Shown here: positions 41,701-64,000 of the stretch, in pieces
Numbering within the stretch: the stretch's first letter is position 1
Layout of the letters: each line of letters begins with the position of its first letter
Assembly: GCA_051362555.1 (NCBI GenBank)
Contig: CM120641.1
Span: 15,748,001-15,812,000 of the forward strand
Source of the DNA: Lingula anatina
Taxonomy: Eukaryota; Animalia; Brachiopoda
Reading direction: 5' to 3'
DNA length: 64,000 bases
The notes under the pieces: generated by a model
Told to the model about the DNA's origin: nothing
Databases searched by the model: none
Seen by the model: only the letters and a program-made list of their open reading frames with translations
Made by a program: the position numbers and the translations under genes

Positions 41701-44700
41701 TCCAGCAGAAAAAACAAGTTTAATTTTCCCCTGCTTGGTTTTCACTAAAGCAGCTTCTTCTATAGGAGCTTCCAGGACAGCATCCAGGGATTTCAGTTGG
41801 TAGGTATCTAACAGTCCGTTATTCACTGCCCTGTAGGTGGGATCATTTCACATTATAACTTTCATATCAAGTTTTAGGAATACATAGTGGTTAGGGGAGT
41901 AAATCATAAGTTACTCCAGCACTGTCGGTAAATATATAAACAAGGCAGCAAAGATGCCAAATGTACAGGCAAAAAAAATAAATAAATGAATAAAATAATA
42001 ATATTAATAATAAATAAAAAAATAAATAATAATAATTATAATAATGCACAAAAAAGGTTATTTTGTCAATTTTGATGCAATATTACATAATGTTTAACAG
42101 TAAAATCAACAAGTTGCAAAAAAAGTCCCTATGCCATACATGTACCATCAGTCATAGTTGTGGGTGCAGTTAACTTGCCTTAAATCTCCTACATAGTGTG
42201 TAGCCCATGACAGCCTCACTCTGGATCGTGCAATCATGTGGATCACGTTGGTGGCACCATAGATCCTGTCAGCTACTTCAAAGGCAGAATTGCCACGACC
42301 TAAAAAAAAATTGTATTTGTTTGAAATCTGAGATCAAAGATATATTTCGCATTTCAGCACACCAGTATATTTCACATACGTATTTGTAGGTATCGGTTAT
42401 AACTCAACCAGATCTTTGTTTCCTAGTCCAAATTATGAATTTTGGCCCAATATCAATCCAATTTTTTAATTTCAAAATTGAAGCTTGAACATGGTCACTG
42501 TTTTTTGTTAACAATAAAGATAACCAAGTAGTGACATGCTGTAAGCACAGAAAAAAAATAGACCAAAATGTTTTGGAGCAAAACTTGCTGCATCCTCCAC
42601 AAACAACATCAATTTCTGGTTGTGTGGCCACTTTAGATAGCTTTAATCTTGTATTCTTTTTGAGGCATCACTGGTGTTGTTTCTTGCTCTTCTATGTTTA
42701 TTATTTTTTATCAATCAATATATTGAAACCTACCAATAATCAACACACTTTTCCCCTCAAAATCATCTGGGTTGGTTGAGACGTCATTATATCCAATTGT
42801 ATACTCAACTCCTCTAAATTGTGGAACATGCTCTTTCTGCATACCTGTGGCCATTATTACATTTCTGCAAAAGGAAAAAGTGCACACCTGTATCCAAACC
42901 TAAAAGTGAATTATACTTTAAAGTGGACTACATTTAAACCATAATCATATAATACAGTATAGTACTAAAATCTGATTTTTACAGTATGAACATATAATTT
43001 TTATAAAAAGGGTTTGACATACATGTTTGAATTATGAAGGGAAAGGGAGAAAGGTAAAGCATATAAAAAGACATGTTCTCTACTTAAACCCCAATCAGAT
43101 AATATATATGTAGAGATGCTACAGGGTATGTGATTAGGTGATAAATGCTTTATACTGTTTTGTGCTCTTTCTCTCAGTATATACAGATGTCAAATAACAC
43201 ACTGCCACCCTCTCCAGTTATATGCCTTGAACACCTCTCGATGATGCCTGATCTGTGCTGGCATATATCGCTCGGGTGACAGTTTTATCTCACACAAAGA
43301 ATACTTAATGGTAATCGTTGTTCAGTAAATGGATTCCTATCATTTGCTTTAATTGAGCCAAAGATGGGTGTTCATTTTTCATTAAGTATCATTTCATGCA
43401 AAATAATGGGTTTTTTTACAATTACTTCAACAAGGTAAATGAGGTTACCAATCATGCTATACTTTTCACTTGGGTCTTCTCAGTCATTCCGTCCAAATTC
43501 ACTTGGCCATGAATGATATATAATTTTCCACATGGACAAAACACGAAAGACATATAATATGAAAATGCTAAATGAGAATTTTTGGTTCACCGATTCCCTG
43601 GGCAGAGTGAACATTATATTACAAAAGACACCTGCACGGACAGCTGGACCTGATAATCTTTTTATCAATTCATATTGCATTAGGTTTTGCATTACAAGTT
43701 TTGTAGAAATGGTTATTCCTGTTTTATAGTGTAGATGGCAAAAATAAAATGATGACGTATATAATTCTTTATTGAAATGCATGTGGAATAGGACTGACCC
43801 CTTATTAAATATCCTGTATCACATTGACTTTATTTTAAATTTCAACAGTGTGGAATGAAAAAGATCAACAGGTTCATTACAACTGAATCAAACTTCAATA
43901 TCTTCATATGCCTTTTGTTGAGTTTGAGTATGATAGTCTATGAGGCCTGTTCCTGAAAAAGTCTATGTATAATGACGTTCTTCGGCTAACCACAAGCCAT
44001 AAGTCAGGATTCATAGTACCCTGGGCACTGTAACCAATTACCTAGATACATGACTTAATCTCACTGATAATATAGAAAATTCTAATTGTTAGATATTGTG
44101 TTTGTGAAGGGTAATAATAGATACATAACAAGCCAGCAAAGTGTATATGACCAACACAAGGGTGAAACATAAAAAATAATAATCCACTTCATTTTTTTTT
44201 ACTTGGGTAGCATTCTACTTCCATGAATGATCACAGTTTCTTTAAAGCAGACAAAAAATGGGCTAAAATATATTTTTTCATTCTTGCTCAATATGACCAA
44301 AAAAAGTCAATATACATCAGGCCCATAGCCAGCAATTTCAAAGGGGAGAGGGGGGTTCTTTTTCTGAAAAAGTAACCTTTTACCATGAAACCTTCGTGCA
44401 CTTTCATAAATTTTTACCCAGAGCAGACTTTTCCCTGCAAAAGGGATGGTTTGTTCAACCCCCCTGTACATGAAATGGTTCTTAGACTACTGTCTAATTA
44501 TTCAAGCTGATTTTCCAGTACAGAAGAACTGCTGTATGCACAAGGTTTCATTATTAGTTCACTACCACTATTTAAATAGTATATTTATCAGAAGAAAGAA
44601 ATAAATGAAATTGAAAATGAAATTACTTGACAAACATTCAATGATCTATCACATACAGTGGTGTGCATTAGGAGCTGAGCAAGAATTATTCTACTTAGGT

Positions 44701-47700
44701 ACAAAAAAAGTCAAGATTATAATAGACCACCCTTTATCTCTGGGGCTCTAAAAGGAAAACCCTGCCAGTCAGATTCTCAGTTTCTTGAAATATGAACTTC
44801 GGAATCTTTTCACATGGTTAAAAATATCTAACAATTAGAGCATTCAGACCATCAAACAATCAGAACACCTTTATTATCAGCTCCATAATAAGATTGGAGT
44901 ATCAGAAGCTGCATGTAACATGGAGGTTCATACATTATGAAATCATATATAAATCATCAAAGGCAGCTGGTGACAATGTACATTATAGTTACATATGCTG
45001 TGCATTATTAAGTAATAATGTACAACATGAAATGTAAATCCTTCAACAATAAAGCAATTTCATGCAACTTTGCTGCATGCACACTATTCAAATTCAATCA
45101 GTTTGGGACACCCTTAAAAGATACTCCATTCTTTTCAACTTGAAGTTTGAATGTTTTATCAATTCCATCCAAAAATTATCCAAAAATTTATTATGAAAAC
45201 TGACTGAGACCTTGTTTGCACCACCTCCTCCAAAGAATTATTTATGTGCATCTGATAAATATGAAATCTCTATAAAGACACATTTTAGTTATCAGTCTTT
45301 CAGATTACTATTTTGACTGCCATGACAAGAAGATTGGTGTAAATTTTCATTTGAAATAGACATAGATAAAAGCAGCCTTGATTGGCCAAGTATTAATCAA
45401 TCCATATGCTTGTCAGCTGTATATTCAAAAGAAAATTTTCAAATTACTTTCTTCAAGTGTTACTAATTTTTTAAACCAAAATGTTACATGTTCTGTCACA
45501 GCATCCCACCTAACCACAGAGTGACAATGAGTTCCAAGATATTTTCTATGTTGATTTGTAACAATATTATTTGTTATTAGCAAGTCTTACACAAGTATGC
45601 GGTATACTATTTGCATGATAATACATGTACATCTGCAGCAGGTATCTACTGTAGTTATTGAGTTCCCACAAATGAAATGCTACACATAAAATAAAGTTCA
45701 AAGAACTTACAAATTTTGTAGGAATTTAGCTATGAACTTATGAAGTGATACTTGCCCAGCAACTAACTTTTTTGATATTATTATTCACATCCTTAAAAGT
45801 TTCAAACCTCTATGTCCATAACTAAACACAACATAAACCGATAATTTATAACAAAGAAATCTAATAAAATCCATATCTCACATTACACTCACACAGTTCA
45901 TGAAAAAAAGATAAGATGTATACTGTTTCACAAGCATGAAAATTCATGGAATTATTCAAATTCATGTTAAATGGAAAAGGGCATCTTAGAAAAAAAAAAC
46001 TTACTTGCAACTGTACGAATTCCCACGCTGATCCTCCATAGAAAACAACCCTGTGTCATTGTGTTTCCTGATATTGTGAACATCTGCATTATACTGAACA
46101 TTGATTCCCAGTTTCCTCTGATAGTCATCCAAGTACTTTATCAACACGTCTCTGTGTGGGAACATCACTTTGGAATAATGGCGCACCTGTAAGCTTTCAT
46201 CGTGACTGATGAGAGAGTTCCAGTCGTGACGAAGATTGAATTCTTTGTTGGTTTTCCCGGTGTTTCTTTTGTTTATGCTGATTAACATGTCATGACGAGG
46301 ATATTTTGTGAAAAAGGAACCTAAAACAGGATAAAATTCATCACACTTACCCCTTTTATTCAATACTCAAAAAAGGATAAAATTTTACTAGACTTTTTGT
46401 GCACTTCCAGACAAATTTCTGTATGCTTATTTTGCTACAAAATTTCAACTTGAAAAAAGTTGATATACTACATAATCTGATATCTGAAATATAACACCTT
46501 TAAATGCAGATAGTAAAGAGTCTTACATATGAAGCATGCAGGTAGATGAGTGACCATAAGAACATGAAAAAAATAGATACAAAATTGCATTTTCTGACAA
46601 TCAATTATATTTCAGGAAAATCCACCTTATGGAAACTGTTCCAGGAAATATATTGTTATTTTGTGAAAAAAAGGTGAATGGCTTAATGAAGTAATTAATC
46701 AAAACAGGTTATTTCAAGAATGTAAAAAAGATCTATTTGTTAAAAATTGATATGATTTTATCTTTATGATATATTGATGAAAAAACTACAACAAGATGTC
46801 AGCTTTATCAAATGACAGCTTTTACAAAGAAAAATCCAATAAATAGCACACCTTTTTTACATGCTTTCAAAAAACATTCAAATGATCAGACCAACCCACA
46901 TTCAACAACTGAGTGGGCAAAGTGGCAATTTATTGCAAATTATCTACAATTTTATCAAAATAATTACACAGTGTTGTTTTTTTCCACTGCATATGATATT
47001 TTTTTGTTCTCAATGACAAAACATACATTTCTGCCTTATGGCAAAGTTACAATGGTTTTGTGATTTCTTGTCAAGGTATTTACCTCCCCTTCAAGCATTT
47101 AACTCATTTTATCTCATGTTTTCTTTCCTATCTCAGACATGGAAAGTATATCATTAAAAAAGATGTATGCCAAGAAAAGAAAATAATAACAGGTCTTGAA
47201 GCAAAGCTGTCTTCACCATTATGATCATCCATTAGGGTAGGTCTATTGGATTATAGCTATAGTATAGCTAAGGTATTTCTTTTATCACCACTGCCAGGCT
47301 TTATCTTCTCCTTCTGACATTTTGAATGCAAAAATTCTTTAAATAACACTGATAAGCACTAGACTACTATATAAAATGTTTGCCTAATGCTTGAGATAAT
47401 TTACACTGGATAAAGACAATGGAAAATTTTTTTCGATTAGCAAAATATTCTCAGCAGTCAATAATACACAATACTGTACTTTTGCAAAAATCCAAAAGTG
47501 CTGCACTATTTGCTAATTAATTTGTTTACTTGACTATGTATAGATACAATAACTGACCTGATACATTATTTCTTTCAAAGATGACATAATCTCTGTTGCT
47601 GGTCTTGAGGAAATATCCAAGTTGTAGACCACCAGGCCCAGCTCCTACAATACAGTACTCATGGAAGCTTTGACTGGACCCAGACACAAGGCACAGCAAA

Positions 47701-47747
47701 ACTAACAGCACACACTTGGAGAGAAAACCCGAGGTGTTTGTCAACAT
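38727..47747 (-). CDS. FOXRED2: FOXRED2-B: FAD-dependent oxidoreductase domain-containing protein 2 (ERFAD)-like, conservative paralog, 9 coding exons
   Basis: Exons 47747-47558, 46320-46005, 42864-42734, 42299-42179 (GC donor), 41830-41600, 40899-40733, 40467-40302, 40057-39819, 39025-38727. Exon sizes match copy A except exon 5 (+3 nt). It has the same motifs plus [14 protein letters not shown] and [10 protein letters not shown] probable non-coding first exon ends at the GTAAGT donor near 49198. Confidence 0.94.
41364..41587. mobile_element. MITE with about 65-bp TIRs and TTA target duplication (PIF/Harbinger-like)
   Basis: CCGTTCACATGAAAAATCTATTTTCTAAAAATCTATTTTCT..ACGGTATCTTGTGATCAC is mirrored by GTGATCACAAGATACCGT..AGAAAATAGATATTTAGAAAATAGATTTTGCATGTGAACGG. 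TTA lies at 41361-41363 and 41588-41590. Confidence 0.85.
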
Positions 47748-49198
47748 CTTTTCTTTTCCTGAAAGTACAAAACCAGATCATTTCAAAATGTTCAAATTAT
47801 GAGCACATGAGCTATGTAATTTTGACTTGGGAACCTGGCAAGGTATTTACATGTGCTTATAAAATGTGGCATCCTAGCCTAGATACATTTGACCACTAAA
47901 ATGGGTTTTGGAAACAACACAAAACTAATATAATTTTTTGGCCAAAATATAGGAAAACTTTCTGACTTTTTAAAGTATGGGTTATAAAATTTTTCTTTTT
48001 CCTAATTTTTTTTTACATATTTACCCTTTTTTTTTTTTGCCAAAATGTCAATAGGCATTCCACTATCAACAGGTACAAAAAAGAAAAAAAAATACAAGGT
48101 GACATGTAGTAGACTGACAAATTGCACACCTGGAAAGGCAGATGCCGGTTAATCTTCATTTTTTCATATCCAGAACACAACTATGACTTGTGCTAGATGG
48201 TGGAACACAATTATAGAAAGCTCCTCAATTAAATGTAGAATATGGTAAAGTCTTGAAAATTTCGTCGTTCTTGAAAATTTCGTCGGCAGACGTAGGTATT
48301 GACAATAGCCCATCTACAATATAGTAGGCAACAGGATATGTTTCCCGTAATCTCACAAAATCTCATTTCAAACAGCTTTCTCCTTTAGTTGTTGAAACTA
48401 GTTAAAATTGATGAAAATAAATGTTCTAAAAATTACAGATTGATTCTAGCATGCACATTTTAAAGTTTATTCACCATGAATAAAGTAAATTGATCTCCCA
48501 ACAAAATTTCAATCGTCTAGTGATCTGTAACAATTGCTGTAGCTGTCTGCCAGTTCAAAATATTTATCAACTGTTCTTCAGTAGAAGCCAACTAACCCTC
48601 ATAACCCATTACTAAATATCATTTGTTACTACATACAGTATGTATCTGATACTACTAGTAATGATACACGTATTGGTATTCAATTGGCTTCTTTTAATGA
48701 ACATCTTTTCAACATATGGAGTAAGAGAGATGATAAACTGTATATTTTCTACTGGGGTATGTGTTTTGACACACGTATTTCACTTAACAGCCTTTTTCTA
48801 ATCACACTTCCTGGTAGGAATTTTTATCAACATCATATTTATTTCTGAACCATAAACCCGACTAAAAAAAATATTTTTTTATCTCTGCAAACTGCCATAA
48901 CAGAGTAATGATAACAAAACTTCTGCGTCTTATCGTCTATTTTCCCCCTTTTTTGTGAAATTTAACCAAAACTTGCTGACCTAGCACAGAAAAATATTCT
49001 TGTTAATTTACATCCGTGTGAGAGCCAGATACTCAAAGTTTAAAATGTTTCCGTCAAAATGTTGTTTACTTATTAAAAACTACATAAATGTCACATGATT
49101 CTACCCCTTCTCATCGTGCGTCAGTTTGGTGATACTTAAACTGGTTGGCGATAAAGTGACGGAGGCACAAAGCTGTTTTATAACAGACGCAAACTTAC

Positions 49199-49569
49199 CA
49201 AGTATAATAGCAGCTTATCCGCAAGACCTCCTCTCACGCACTGTTGTGCTGAGCTCGTAAATTTGACCTTTGGTGACACGTTATGCCCAAACGCGCGTTA
49301 ATCGTCATAACTATGAGATGAAAACAAAATAAATGATATATTTTGATTGCCTCATTTATTTAAGTTAATGGCTTAAAATTACTAGTTTACATTACATCTT
49401 TATTTATCAATGCATTTTTCTATGCAAAACCACATTATTAAGCTATAGATAGATAGAATCTTACTGAATTTTTACTTGCTTCAGTGGAGCAGGTGTGGGT
49501 TAACGAGTGAGCACTTAGGTACATGACATAAAGGAAAACAACCAGTATCAGCGGCAGTAAACCGTTAAA
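49199..49569. promoter_or_regulatory. Putative bidirectional promoter shared by FOXRED2-B and ABCC-B
   Basis: A minus-strand GTAAGT donor near 49198 and the ABCC-B ATG at 49570 are about 370 bp apart. The interval is CpG-rich compared with the CpG-poor gene bodies on both sides. Confidence 0.6.
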
Positions 49570-63373
<13,804 letters not shown>

Positions 63374-63453
63374 GTGAGATATCTGTCCTCATATCTATTC
63401 ATTATTAACGAGGATGTTTCATAAGTAAACAGTCTGACGATTTTCATTAGAGA

Positions 63454-64000
63454 GTTTCCGGTGCAGGTGGGATACGACGGCTAGATTGTTACGTATGTGC
63501 AAATGTATCTAGTAACGCGCTACTCTTTTCTCGTTCCGGTAAAGTTCCAGAATGCTGGCGCTTCCCGCCCCGCTCATTCCAATATAATTAACAATATACG
63601 GCCCCTTAGCCATGTATTTCCAAGGTGAAGATTCTTTTTTATGAAAAAGGAGACAAATATTACCCAAAAGAGCAATTTTTCCCGACAAATATGGCGGTTA
63701 GTAAGATCAACCCCCGACTACGTGCCTGATAAACCAAAATTAGCGCCTCCTCTCTCTTAAAAAGTCGAAATTTGCATGAACATACACTTGAACTATGGTA
63801 AAAAAAGTATATAAGGCATATAAATTAGCAAACATAACCTTTAATAACTATTTTCAATAATCTTCCTCACTGGCTAGATAGGAGCGCTTGTATTCCGCAG
63901 ACTAGATTGGACGACGGTATATGAATGCGGTGAACGTCACAAGTGCGCACAAACCGATGACGTATTAATCTAGCCGGCATATCTCACCGGCAACGGAAAC
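63454..64000. mobile_element. MITE-like element with imperfect 34-bp TIRs; right end at the window edge
   Basis: GTTTCCGGTGCAGGTGGGATACGACGGCTAGATT (63454-63487) is the reverse complement, with 5 mismatches, of AATCTAGCCGGCATATCTCACCGGCAACGGAAAC (63967-64000). The interior is CpG-rich, unlike the host intron. Confidence 0.75.

Noticed and set aside
42300-46004. Apparent absence of FOXRED2-B exon 3 from the ORF track, suggesting a pseudogene
   Set aside because: The exon is present and intact at 42864-42734 ([12 protein letters not shown]...VLIIG); it is just too short to be listed.

Overview
AT-rich animal (non-vertebrate-looking) genomic DNA with spliceosomal introns, so the ORF track mostly shows exon fragments. 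I rebuilt five genes by hand from GT/AG sites and reading phase. (1) The 5' half of a nicotinic acetylcholine receptor alpha subunit (minus strand, runs off the left edge). (2) A complete 32-exon MRP1/ABCC1-type exporter, 'ABCC-A' (+). (3, 4) Two tandem FOXRED2/ERFAD-like flavoprotein paralogs with 9 coding exons each, 'FOXRED2-A' and 'FOXRED2-B' (-). (5) A second MRP1-type exporter, 'ABCC-B' (+, runs off the right edge), head-to-head with FOXRED2-B. The A pair looks derived. ABCC-A carries an inserted ERQPLL dileucine sorting motif, an NBD1 H-loop His->Asn change and a candidate transmembrane uORF. FOXRED2-A has lost conserved C-terminal motifs, is CpG-rich and has a TATA-type promoter. The FOXRED2 paralogs show patchwork sequence identity consistent with gene conversion. 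Introns hold two near-identical 1.87-kb non-autonomous Helentron (HINE/DINE-1-like) elements, a short HINE, several MITEs and a truncated RTE-like tail. All coordinates were read by eye; no database search was run.
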